Shown one piece after another: positions 50,257-59,240 of a stretch of DNA of 64,000 nucleotides. A program made the translations under genes and the position numbers. The notes beneath the pieces were generated by a model. That model made no database searches. It was not told the DNA's origin and was given only the letters and a program-made list of their open reading frames with translations. Origin of the DNA: an uncultured Acidobacteriota bacterium. GTDB lineage: Bacteria > Acidobacteriota > JAQAZP01. Each line of letters opens with the position of its first letter. Position 1 is the stretch's first letter. The stretch spans positions 64,001 to 128,000 of the forward strand of contig CAWIIB010000008.1 of assembly GCA_963836075.1 (NCBI GenBank), written 5' to 3'.

Positions 50257-50954
50257 TGGGCGGTCTCCTCGTCCACCACCCGTCCGTCAAAGAGGTGGAT
50301 GGTCCGCTGGGCGTATTGCAGGTAGCGCGGGTCGTGGGTCACCATGCAGATGGTGGTTCCCCCCTGGTGCAGCTTGCGCATCAGGTCCATCACCACCTCG
50401 CCATTGCGCGAATCGAGGTTTCCGGTGGGCTCGTCGGCCAGCAGGATCAGCGGTTCGCCCACCAGCGCCCGGGCCACCGCCACCCGCTGCTGCTGGCCGC
50501 CGGAGAGCTGGGAGGGATAGTGGTTCAGCCGGTGTTCCATCTCCACCAGCTGGAGCGCTTCACGCACCCGTTGCCGGCGGTCCGCGGTGGCCGTGCCGCG
50601 GTAGACCAGGGGCAGCTCCACGTTCTCGCAGACGGTCAGGTCGCCGATCAGGTTGAAGCTCTGGAAGATGAAGCCGATGGTCCGGTTGCGCAAGGTGGCC
50701 CGCTGGGCATAGCTCAGCGACTCCACCGGCTTCGAGTCGAGCAGGTACTGGCCCTCGGTGGGGGAGTCCAGCAGGCCCATGTTGGACAGCAGTGTCGATT
50801 TGCCGCACCCTGACGGGCCGGCCACGGCCACGAACTCGCCCTTGCTGATTTCCAGGTGCACCCCGGAGAGTGCGTGGGTCTCCACCTCATCGGTGAGGAA
50901 GACTTTTTTCAGTCCCACCATCCGGATCAGCGATTCATTTCCCATCTGGCTCAT
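50253..50954 (-). CDS. ABC transporter ATP-binding protein (LolD/MacB-type)
   Basis: Motifs GPSGCGKST, LSGGQQQRV, LADEPTGNLD and MVTHD. Confidence 0.95.
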   Translation of the reverse strand: MSQMGNESLIRMVGLKKVFLTDEVETHALSGVHLEISKGEFVAVAGPSGCGKSTLLSNMGLLDSPTEGQYLLDSKPVESLSYAQRATLRNRTIGFIFQSFNLIGDLTVCENVELPLVYRGTATADRRQRVREALQLVEMEHRLNHYPSQLSGGQQQRVAVARALVGEPLILLADEPTGNLDSRNGEVVMDLMRKLHQGGTTICMVTHDPRYLQYAQRTIHLFDGRVVDEETAQ

Positions 50955-50969
50955 CGTTCCACCTTTCAC

Positions 50970-52223
50970 TTATTTCAGTCGTATCCGGTCGTTGTGGTCC
51001 CACGACGACGTATCCGAGACAATCACCTGGTCGCCCTCGGCCAGTCCTTCAAGAACTTCCACGTGCTTCACCGAGCTGAGGCCCAGCCGCACTGGCACCC
51101 GCACCGCCGATGTCCCGTCCGGGTCCAGCCGGAAGAGGCCCACGCTGCCGTTTTCGGGGCTGGAAGCCGGGCGGCGGGTGAACAGGACGTCGTCCAGCCG
51201 CGTGATCTCCACCACGCCCTCCACGCTCATCTCCGGCCGCGCCCCCCCGGGCAGTTCGCCGGACAGCTCAACCTCCACCAGCACCGTGGTCTCGCGCACC
51301 GCCGGGTCGATGCGGACAACCGTGCCGGGGACGATGCCGTTGCGGGTGTCCACCGACACGGCCTGGCCCAGCTGCACCTCCCCGGCCCGGGTGGCCGGGA
51401 TGCGCAGCTCGGCTTTCAGGCGGCTGGTCTCGGCCACCAGGGCCAGGCTGGTCCCTGGCGCCAGCTGCTGGCCCACCTCCACCGGCACTTCCTGGACCAC
51501 GCCGGCCAGGATGGAGTGCACTTCAAGTGAGCTGAGCTGTTCGGCACGCAGGGCGGCCATGGCCCTTTGCTGGTCCACCCCGGCCCGTTTGGCTTGCAGC
51601 TGGGCCTCGATGGACCGGGCGGTCATGGCCAGCCGTTTCTCCTCGATCGACCTGCGGGTGGCCAGAGAAGCAGCCACGGTTTCCGAGATGTTGAGGTCGA
51701 GGGCGGCAATCAGCCCCTCCCCGGCCAGGGCCCGGTCGGCTTCCAGCTTGAGCTGCGCCTGGAGGTATTCCGACTCCACGGCGGCGGCCTGGGCCTGCTG
51801 GTTCAGCTCTTCGCTGCGCAGCTGCACCTCCAGGCTCACCAGTTCCGCTTCGGCCCTGCGCAGTGCGCTCGATGCGTCCAGTGCGGCCTGCTGTACTTCG
51901 GGATTGCTGAGGATCATCAGCGGCTGGCCCGGTTCCACCCGCTCTCCCGGGTTGACCATGATCCGTTCAACCCGGCCGCTGGTGGCCGCCGGAATCCAGC
52001 GGATTTCCATGGGGACCAGGGTGCCGTACCCCCGGATCTCCCGCATCATCGGCCCCCGCTCCACGGTGCCGATCCAGAGGGTCTCCCGGTCCACCGCCGG
52101 CACGGCCGGGCCGAGCAGGGAGAGGCCCCAGCTGATCAGCGCCACAGCCGCCACTGCGGCGGCGCCCATCAGGTACCGCCGCTGCTTTTTCCGTGTCTTT
52201 ATGCCTTCACGTTTTGTGTCCAC
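50970..52223 (-). CDS. HlyD-family periplasmic adaptor
   Basis: GTG start after GGAGG; N-terminal TM, lipoyl-like halves, coiled coil and GL..GD.VI.SD. Confidence 0.9.
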   Translation of the reverse strand: MDTKREGIKTRKKQRRYLMGAAAVAAVALISWGLSLLGPAVPAVDRETLWIGTVERGPMMREIRGYGTLVPMEIRWIPAATSGRVERIMVNPGERVEPGQPLMILSNPEVQQAALDASSALRRAEAELVSLEVQLRSEELNQQAQAAAVESEYLQAQLKLEADRALAGEGLIAALDLNISETVAASLATRRSIEEKRLAMTARSIEAQLQAKRAGVDQQRAMAALRAEQLSSLEVHSILAGVVQEVPVEVGQQLAPGTSLALVAETSRLKAELRIPATRAGEVQLGQAVSVDTRNGIVPGTVVRIDPAVRETTVLVEVELSGELPGGARPEMSVEGVVEITRLDDVLFTRRPASSPENGSVGLFRLDPDGTSAVRVPVRLGLSSVKHVEVLEGLAEGDQVIVSDTSSWDHNDRIRLK

Positions 52224-52268
52224 CTGGATAGATCCCTCCGTTGCGATTCCGTTACGGGAGAGATGTAT

Positions 52269-52284
52269 AGCAAGCGGTGTGCCA
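52269..52284 (-). promoter_or_regulatory. Sigma54 (-24/-12) promoter of the hlyD-ABC operon
   Basis: Minus strand reads TGGCAC-ACCGC-TTGCT, an exact consensus match, about 45 bp upstream of hlyD. Confidence 0.85.
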
Positions 52285-52413
52285 GGAGGAGGTGAGGTGA
52301 GGGTCATCCCACGGGGTCTCGCGGAAGTTCTTTGATCTCAGATGGATGGAGGGTGCCGTGGGCTGAGGGGGCCGGCAGGCCATACGGGACCGGTCTCCTG
52401 GGGGCCGGGGAAG

Positions 52414-52450
52414 TGTGCGCTGGTGAACAGGGGAATCCCAATACCGGACA
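52414..52450. promoter_or_regulatory. Candidate tandem enhancer sites for the NtrC-family activator
   Basis: TGTGCG-N4-TGAACA and ATCCCA-N4-CGGACA start 21 bp apart, 130-165 bp upstream of the sigma54 site. Confidence 0.4.
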
Positions 52451-52455
52451 GTAGG

Positions 52456-52935
52456 TCAGTACGCTGACTTTGGATTGAGCTGGGCGGCCAGGGCCGCCGT
52501 GCCGCCCTTGAGGATCCAGATGTCTTTCAGCCCCACATGGCGCAGGCCCAGGGCAACGGCGGTGGCCCGGTGTCCTGCCTGGCAGACCACCACCACTTCT
52601 TTTCCCGCCAGTGTGCCGATTAGTTCAGGGGTGAAAACCTGGTCCATGGGAATGGTGAGGGCTCCGGGGAATGTGAATCCGATGACACCGGTTTCTCCGG
52701 GTGTCCGCACGTCGAGCACCAGCGGCGGCTCTTCCGTTTTCAGAGCGCAGAGAAATGTCTCCACCGGCATCATTCGCAGGGCGGCCATGGTGTCGGCGGC
52801 CGAGAACGGGGCGAAGAACCGCTGGTAGCTGGCGGCCAGTTCCTCGTCCCAGGTGACGGCCTCGCCGGCGGTAACTGCCGTCGTACAGCAGAGGGCCACC
52901 AGCAGGATGGCTGAAAGTGTACTCTTCATCTTCAT
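52456..52935 (-). CDS. Exported rhodanese-like protein
   Basis: Signal peptide; motifs LDVRT..E, VVCQAGHRA and LKGG. Confidence 0.85.
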   Translation of the reverse strand: MKMKSTLSAILLVALCCTTAVTAGEAVTWDEELAASYQRFFAPFSAADTMAALRMMPVETFLCALKTEEPPLVLDVRTPGETGVIGFTFPGALTIPMDQVFTPELIGTLAGKEVVVVCQAGHRATAVALGLRHVGLKDIWILKGGTAALAAQLNPKSAY

Positions 52936-53009
52936 TTCTCCTTCTTCAGTGAAAACGAGGTGACCGTCACTCGTAGATTCTGTCATTGCGAGCCCCCGCG
53001 GGTCGGAGT

Positions 53010-54293
53010 TCACGATGACCTGTCGCCAATGCTCAGCCAATCTTCTTCGATCAGCCGGCTGGCCTCCCGTGCTTCTTCACGGATGCGCGGGATCTGGTCC
53101 TGCAGGGCGGCCACCACGGCTTCCCGCTCCTCCAGCAGCCGGCGGAACCGTTCCTGCAGGCACTCCAGGCTCAGCTCCTCGATGGGCAGGACAAAGCGCT
53201 CCAACCCCAACTGGGCCATGATCCCGGCTGTTTTCGGCTGGTAGCCCACGGCCAGCACCGGCACACACATCGTCATGGCGAAGATGTTGGAGTGCATCCG
53301 CGTGCCGACAAAGATGTCCATCTCTCCGCAGAGCCCCCTGATCCGGGACGGGTCCAGTTCCTCCTCCAGGATGTGGATCCGCGGGGCGCCTCCAGCCTGG
53401 GCCGCCGCCCGGCGGGCCGCCTCACGGTCGTCGTCCCCACCACTGACGTAGGTCACCTGGGGGATGAAGAAGACCGCGGCGTTCATCTCCTCCGCCAGCC
53501 AGCCGGCAAAGCGGCCCAGGGTCTGTTCGTAGTGCTGCTGATCCCCCGGGGTACGGAACCAGGAGCGCACGGTGAGGCCGACCCTGATCCCCCCTGGCGG
53601 TGGCGGCGGCAGGCCCTCCGGCGGCTCCGCTGCGGTGAGCAGGAACGCGGCATCGGCGGCAGTTCGGACGGCGGGCATCTTCCGCCGGCCCGACCAGCGT
53701 TCCAGCCGGCGCCGGGTGTCGTCCTCCCTGGCGAAGACGATTCTCACCCCGACCAGGGAGCGCTGCACCAGCCACTCCTGAAAACGGCCGGCAAAGGGGC
53801 CGATGGACTGGGAGAAGAGGTAGACCGGTTTGCCCAGCAGAGCGGCACCGTGGAAACCGTAGATCACCGAGAGCAGGACGACGTTCCCCTTGAGTCGTGA
53901 CCGGGTGTAGAGGTAGCCGCCGCCGGCGGCGATCACCAGGTCGGCCTTGTGGTAGTTCCGCAGCAGCCGGCGCAGCGGGTTCCAGACCGGCAGGTCGAGG
54001 CCGAGGAACCGCCGGCCGGCGATCCAGAGCAGGGTCAGAGGGTAGATGAAAAACAGGAAGCCCAGTCCCTGCACGGCGGTGTTGGCCGACAGCGATCTCT
54101 TCAGCGAGACAAAGGAGTCGATCACCGTGCCGGGGAAACCGTCCGCTTCCCCCGGGCCCGCCGCCGAGGAGATGGTGAACTCTGCATCGCGGAACGCGTC
54201 CCGTGACCGCAGGTCCTGCACCATGCCGGCGACGATGCCGGCATCGCCCTTGTTCCGGGCGCTGTAGGCGTTGGTGATCAGGATCTGCGGCAT
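53010..54293 (-). CDS. Polysaccharide pyruvyl transferase family (WcaK-like)
   Basis: Motifs N.GDAGI, GGGYL, SQSIGPF, ARE, DAAF, GTRMHSNIFA and Y.PK. Confidence 0.88.
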   Translation of the reverse strand: MPQILITNAYSARNKGDAGIVAGMVQDLRSRDAFRDAEFTISSAAGPGEADGFPGTVIDSFVSLKRSLSANTAVQGLGFLFFIYPLTLLWIAGRRFLGLDLPVWNPLRRLLRNYHKADLVIAAGGGYLYTRSRLKGNVVLLSVIYGFHGAALLGKPVYLFSQSIGPFAGRFQEWLVQRSLVGVRIVFAREDDTRRRLERWSGRRKMPAVRTAADAAFLLTAAEPPEGLPPPPPGGIRVGLTVRSWFRTPGDQQHYEQTLGRFAGWLAEEMNAAVFFIPQVTYVSGGDDDREAARRAAAQAGGAPRIHILEEELDPSRIRGLCGEMDIFVGTRMHSNIFAMTMCVPVLAVGYQPKTAGIMAQLGLERFVLPIEELSLECLQERFRRLLEEREAVVAALQDQIPRIREEAREASRLIEEDWLSIGDRSS

Positions 54294-54303
54294 CAACGGG
54301 ACC

Positions 54304-56925
54304 TCAGAGGGTGGACGATTCCAGCAGCTGCAGTCCGGCCCGTTCCATCCGTTCCCGGTAGGTGTCGTGGGAGTGGTAGTGGTGGACAAACTGCTCCTTG
54401 ACCGAGAGATCACTGTCCAGGACGGCCAGGTCGACGGCTGACGCACCGAGCTCGGCCTCGATCGTCCGCTCCAGCCCGGTGGTCTCCTCGCCGTTCTCCC
54501 GCCGCTGGGCCAGCAGGGCCGGCAGGTAGCCGCCCGGGCCGAGCTTGACCTCGGTGGAGGTGAACACGCCCGCCGCCTGCACCGCTTCCACCTGCTCGTC
54601 GATCCCCACCCGGCAGTTGGGGAAGATCCAGGCCCGGCCCCCGGGCAGGGCGAGAAAGTAGACCGCGGCGATGTAGGAGAAGAAGGGGTTGATCCGCGCC
54701 CGCCCCGCCGGCCGGTTGTCGGTGGCCGGGGTGGTGATCTCGTTCCAGGTGGGCATGCCGATGATCAGCGGCGACTGTTTGGTCACCGGGAAATGCTTCA
54801 TCAGCTGCCGGGCGTGACTGATGGTGGCCAGGATCTCGAAGTTGAGATTGTCGTTGAGGCCGAGAATGGAGCCCAGGGCCACCTCCAGGCCGGCACGGAG
54901 CGCCCGTTCCTGGGCCCCGAGACGGAAGGCGAAGCCGTCCCCGCCGGTGAGGATCTTCCAGTGGTCGTCGATACCCCAGGCCTTGGGCCCGGAGATGATC
55001 TGCCGGTTGTAGCAGGTCCGGTCGTAGGTCTCCTGCCAGACGATCATCGAATCGGCGCCCAGCTGCTTCAGCCCGCGGTACTGGTTCTCGGTCATCGCCA
55101 TGGTGCAGAAGCAGATCTTCAGTCGGACCCCCAGCGATTCCCCCAGCGCCCGGGTTCTTTGCACCAGCGAGGGCAGCAGGGTGCGCACGAAGCGGAAGTC
55201 GTCACCTCCGACGAACTCGATGTAGTGGATGCCCTTGTCCACCAGGTAGCGGACCTGCTCCATGATCAGGTCGCCGGAGATCTTCAGCCGCGGCATGGCG
55301 AAGTTCGAGGAGCGCCAGCCGCAGAACCCGCAGTTGCTCGCGCAGGCGTTGGACGCCTCCACCGGGGCCATGGGGATCACCGAGTTGCTGAAGGTCAGCC
55401 GCCGCAGGGCTGTGGAGGTTTCCAGCACCTGCTGCTTGAGTTCCGGGAAGACGGGGGAGTGGATGCCGTTGATCAGCAGGTTGACCTCGGCCAGGGTCGG
55501 TTCATCGCCTTTTTCACAGCGCTGGAGGATAGCGCGCAGCTGGTCCGTGTCGGGCGTGGTCCGCTGGAGGCTCAGCGGGAACAGCTCCTTTAGCGAGCGG
55601 CGGCTGATCACCGCCGATTCGGTGGAGCGGTCGGGTGGCGGCGGCTCTCCGGGCAGGGCCAGCCGGGAAACCACCGAGCGCAGTTTCTGTGCCGGGTCGC
55701 GGCGGACCCGGTCCACCAGCGAGACCTGAACGTCCACGCCACTGCCGGTGAGCCGCTGCAGCGCTTCGGTGATCTCGTCCACAGTCGATGCTTCCAGCGT
55801 TCCCGAGGCGCTGATCTCCACCACCATGTGGTGCAGATCCTCCTGGACCAGTTTCCACTGGCCCACACCGGCCGCGTGATCGAGGATCAGGAAGAAGGGG
55901 TGCGGGGAGAGCACTTCGCCATCGGGCAGCACCACGAAGTCGCCGCTGCGCCCGCGGATCTCCCGCATCAAAGGCAGCCCCCGCCCGCAGGCTGGCGATT
56001 CCACGGAGAGCGTGCCCATATCGCCCTGCTGGTAGCGGATAAAGGGCATGGAGAAGTTGGTCAGGTTGGTGATGTACAGCTCGCCTTCCATACCGGTTGG
56101 TTGCGGCACACCGTCCTGCAGAGACTCGAGGATCACCGTGTCGGCGCTGAGGTGATACCCGGGACAGACCGGGCACTCCCAGGCGATCACCGACCCGGCC
56201 TCCTCCGAGGCGTAGACATCCACCACCTCGGCGCGGAAGGTGTCGGCCAGCAGTTGCCGGCCGGCGGCGTCGAGCATGCCCGAGGTGCTGGCGATCAGCG
56301 GGATGCGCAGGTCGGTGATGCCCCGCTCCTGCACTGCCCGGGCAAAGAGCTTCAGGGTCAGGGCGTAGCCCTGCAGCAGGTGCGGCTGCCAGGCCCTGGT
56401 CTCCTCGATCCAGGCGTCGGGCGGGTCGCCGGTGGCCAGCACCCGGCGGCGGAAGAGGCCCAACTGCTGGTACCACTGTTTTCGTGCGCCGCCCTGGGGC
56501 CGGGCCTCGAAGTAGAGCAGGCGGTGCCCGGGTTTCAGTGTTCGGCCCAGGTGGGCCCGCAGGAATGAGGCGTTCATCGCCGTGCGGTCCGCCGGCCCGT
56601 AGCGGATCTCCAGCGGCTCGCCGGTGGCCCCGCTGGTGCGGCTGCTCATCAGCTTGCGCGGGTCGGCCTGGCTTGAGATCAGCCGCTCCGGCGGCTGCTC
56701 CTGGAGGTCCCGTCTGGTGGTCAGCGGGATCTTCTGCAGGTCGTCCACACCCCGGATCTCCCGGGGGTCGAGGCCGGCCTCGCGGAAGAGGTCACGGTAA
56801 TAAGGGACGGTGGCGCAGGCATGACTCACCAGCCGGTGCAGCATCCTGTCCTGCCGCTGCCGGATCCGTTCCGCCGAGTCCCACTGGGATCTCAGCAGCG
56901 ACGCCAGTTGTATCGCACCCCTCAT
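54304..56925 (-). CDS. Fusion ORF: CapK/phenylacetate-CoA-ligase-like adenylation domain + ThiH/HydG/NosL-type radical SAM domain
   Basis: N-half has VPYYR, TSGATGEP, YASEE, MPFIRY..GD and GRS.D. C-half has CASNCGFC, WQETYD, GPK, RL.AQERA..AG, LG..LGL, GPGGY and EQF. Confidence 0.8.
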   Translation of the reverse strand: MRGAIQLASLLRSQWDSAERIRQRQDRMLHRLVSHACATVPYYRDLFREAGLDPREIRGVDDLQKIPLTTRRDLQEQPPERLISSQADPRKLMSSRTSGATGEPLEIRYGPADRTAMNASFLRAHLGRTLKPGHRLLYFEARPQGGARKQWYQQLGLFRRRVLATGDPPDAWIEETRAWQPHLLQGYALTLKLFARAVQERGITDLRIPLIASTSGMLDAAGRQLLADTFRAEVVDVYASEEAGSVIAWECPVCPGYHLSADTVILESLQDGVPQPTGMEGELYITNLTNFSMPFIRYQQGDMGTLSVESPACGRGLPLMREIRGRSGDFVVLPDGEVLSPHPFFLILDHAAGVGQWKLVQEDLHHMVVEISASGTLEASTVDEITEALQRLTGSGVDVQVSLVDRVRRDPAQKLRSVVSRLALPGEPPPPDRSTESAVISRRSLKELFPLSLQRTTPDTDQLRAILQRCEKGDEPTLAEVNLLINGIHSPVFPELKQQVLETSTALRRLTFSNSVIPMAPVEASNACASNCGFCGWRSSNFAMPRLKISGDLIMEQVRYLVDKGIHYIEFVGGDDFRFVRTLLPSLVQRTRALGESLGVRLKICFCTMAMTENQYRGLKQLGADSMIVWQETYDRTCYNRQIISGPKAWGIDDHWKILTGGDGFAFRLGAQERALRAGLEVALGSILGLNDNLNFEILATISHARQLMKHFPVTKQSPLIIGMPTWNEITTPATDNRPAGRARINPFFSYIAAVYFLALPGGRAWIFPNCRVGIDEQVEAVQAAGVFTSTEVKLGPGGYLPALLAQRRENGEETTGLERTIEAELGASAVDLAVLDSDLSVKEQFVHHYHSHDTYRERMERAGLQLLESSTL

Positions 56926-57009
56926 GGCTCATCCCTCAACGCTGGTGTGAACGGCGATTACTATCCTGACTCCAGGCTCTGCCAACCCCGTTTGAGACAG
57001 CGACCTCGG

Positions 57010-57399
57010 CTAGCGAGCCACAACATGCTCAGCGAAGAGCTCGAGAACCTGCTCTTTTGATCTGGACCCATCGGCAACATCGACTGTCAATTTCTCCAGG
57101 GCCTCATCCGAGGCCGCGAGTTCATGATCGCTGATCAGAAGAAAGAGTTCAGCTGTAGTTACCGCCACCCTCTTGTTGCCGTCGATGAAAGGATGATTCT
57201 TGCAGAAGTGGAAGTGGTAGGCCGCAGCCATGTCGCTCAATTGGGGATGCAGGAAGTTCCCACCGAAAGTGGAGCGCGGCATGGCGGCGGCTGATTCGAG
57301 CAACCCGCGATCACGCAAAACGGGATCTCCTCCGAATTCTTCGATGACCCGCTGGTGGATGGCGAACACATCGGAAACGGTTAGAAAGACTGGAGCCAT
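57010..57399 (-). CDS. doc: Doc-family (Fic) toxin
   Basis: Motifs RD.GLLESA...P and NHPFIDGNKR. Confidence 0.9.
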   Translation of the reverse strand: MAPVFLTVSDVFAIHQRVIEEFGGDPVLRDRGLLESAAAMPRSTFGGNFLHPQLSDMAAAYHFHFCKNHPFIDGNKRVAVTTAELFLLISDHELAASDEALEKLTVDVADGSRSKEQVLELFAEHVVAR

Positions 57400-57638
57400 T
57401 ATTCCGCCAATCGCTTGAGGACTTTTCTACGTTTGTTGACGACGTATTCCAGTTTGTCGGCGATTGTCGCCTTATCGACTTGAGACGGGTGAGCTGGCGA
57501 GACGATCAGATGTCCGTCCTGAATAGTCAGCTGAACCTGTCCGTTTTCCTCCAGTCCAAGGATTTCAAGGATTGGCTTGTCAAGAATCAGCGCGTTGCTG
57601 TTACCGACTTTGCGAAGCTGCTTTATCATGATCATCAC
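57399..57638 (-). CDS. AbrB/MazE-family antitoxin
   Basis: Motifs LRKVGNS.ALI.DK.IL..LGL and K.RKVLKRLAE; abuts doc. Confidence 0.88.
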   Translation of the reverse strand: MMIMIKQLRKVGNSNALILDKPILEILGLEENGQVQLTIQDGHLIVSPAHPSQVDKATIADKLEYVVNKRRKVLKRLAE

Positions 57639-57643
57639 CTCAT

Positions 57644-57684
57644 GGTTATAACGAAATTACAACCTTGTTGGCGGACTTTGTCAA
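57644..57684 (-). promoter_or_regulatory. Sigma70 promoter and autorepression operator of the TA operon
   Basis: TTGACA-N17-TGTAAT; tandem GTTGTAAT / GTTATAAC palindromic boxes overlap the -10. Confidence 0.7.
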
Positions 57685-57812
57685 TCTTCGTGACCGTCCT
57701 GCACGGTGATGACCACTTTTCCAGAGGTGTGACCCTTCTCCCAGTATCGAATCGCGTCACCGGCCTCGCTCAAGGGGTAGGTCCTGTCGATGAGCGGCTT
57801 GACCTTGCCAGC
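57681..57812 (-). pseudogene. C-terminal remnant of an MDR/NADPH:quinone oxidoreductase-type dehydrogenase
   Basis: AGKVKPLIDRTYPLSEAGDAIRYWEKGHTSGKVVITV, with no N-terminal part. Confidence 0.65.
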
Positions 57813-57869
57813 ATAGTACACCCCTCACTTCTCACTCTTCCCGGACGGCGATCACCAGTGAACCCCTGT

Positions 57870-58106
57870 TTACTGACGAGTCCACTCAATCTCCATATCC
57901 TGCTGGTCCCCCAGTGCCTCGCGCAGGAGATTGAGCAGACCTTCGTCCACCCCACGGTTGGCGAACAACTCAAGGGTATCCCGGTTGATGTAGTAGTCCC
58001 GGTCATCAGCAGATTCCTCCTCGAGCTGGTCAACGAGGAATTGCAACTGGTCCTCTGAAATTGAGCCCACTGGAACACCTGTTTTCTTGTTGCGGATTTC
58101 GATCAT
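57870..58106 (-). CDS. Small acidic conserved hypothetical protein
   Basis: RBS AAGGAG; G.ISE.QLQFL.DQLEEES..D.DYYI...TL. Confidence 0.75.
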   Translation of the reverse strand: MIEIRNKKTGVPVGSISEDQLQFLVDQLEEESADDRDYYINRDTLELFANRGVDEGLLNLLREALGDQQDMEIEWTRQ

Positions 58107-58408
58107 GTCCGGCTCCTTTCTGTTCCGTATTCTTGACTGTGTGCCCATTGTTGGGCGCCTGTGGCCAATGGAATGGTTCAGTTTTCTTCAACGTGAATGG
58201 AAAGATCTCACCACATGGTAGCCGACTACCCCAACTATCGACAGCAGGATCAGTGGCAGGAACACAATTCCCAGGCCCTTTCAAGCTGATGGAATCAGGG
58301 CGGGCCCTCCATGATCGGCGATCTCGGCCGCTGCCCTGGCCTCGCGCCGGGCATCATCATCGCCGAAAAAGCTGCAGCCCGATGTTGCCGGAAGCAGCAG
58401 CTGCGGAG

Positions 58409-59153
58409 TTATATTCTCAGGTCCGCAATCACCGGCATGTGATCGCTGGCCACCTTGACCGATGGCAAGCGGCCCCGCCTGCCATTGATGATCTTCAGAC
58501 CCCGGCAGAATATTTTATCCAACCCGCTGGTGGGGGAAAACGACGGGTAGGTCAACATGGCGTTCTGGTAGCCATGCTTCCGGTTGGTGGCACAATCAAA
58601 ACCGAGGATTTCCGTGAGCATGGGCGCCAGCCGTTTCATCAGATCGTTGAAATCCCCGGCAATGATGCAGGGGGCGGCAACGTCCAGTGCGGTAAATTCA
58701 GGCGAGCGGACCACCAGGCCCAGCTGCCGGGGCCGTTCCCTGAACGACAGGCCCAGGTGCACGTTGAACACCGGCAAGGTTCTGGGCTTTTGCTTTCGCG
58801 TGGGAACTGAAAACCGGGTGTAGAGACAGCCCCTGGATTTGCGCTTCTCGATGGTCAGGTCGAGGTTTTTCGTCTCCACGATGGGAAAGCGGCTGAGGGT
58901 GGCGTTGCCATACATCCCCTTGCTCAGTTTCACATTCAGCCCGACGGCATAGTGGGGGTAGCCGGCCAGATAGGCCAGTGTTTCCGCCAGATCCAGCCGC
59001 CGGGAACGGGGAACGCCCACATCCACTTCCTGCAGCAGGTACGATATCCGCGTCGTAGTGGGCGATGATGTTGGCGATCCGCTCCGGCCGGAAGAGCCGG
59101 TCCACACCGATGGCCCGGTGGATGTTGTATGACATGATCCGGAGCTTCATCAT
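58409..59153 (-). CDS. Endonuclease/exonuclease/phosphatase family protein; frameshift near 59040
   Basis: SYNIH in one frame; LLQEVD, GDFND, LDKIF and ASDHMP in another. Confidence 0.85.
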
Positions 59154-59240
59154 CCCTCCGACGGTTCGATTCAGTTTCCTGCCATTCCGGTGGCTCTGTT
59201 GTAACGACAGCGGCCCAGCCTGTCAACCGCGTTGCGCGGG

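Noticed and set aside
52981-53010. TGTCATTGCGAG followed by a short GC hairpin, resembling the start of a REP-like element
   Set aside because: Only one copy was noticed, the matching second arm is missing, and no associated nuclease or transposase is present.
54304-55611. Ordinary thiH or hydG gene
   Set aside because: No thiG/thiS/thiF or hydE/hydF genes are in the window, there is no HydG C-terminal Cys motif, and it is joined to a ligase next to glycan genes, so no gene symbol was assigned.
56960-59240. Loosely similar sequences at both ends of the TA insert as possible target-site duplication
   Set aside because: The similarity is weak and coincides with -35-like hexamers (TTGGCA/TTGACA on the minus strand), so it is better explained as promoters.
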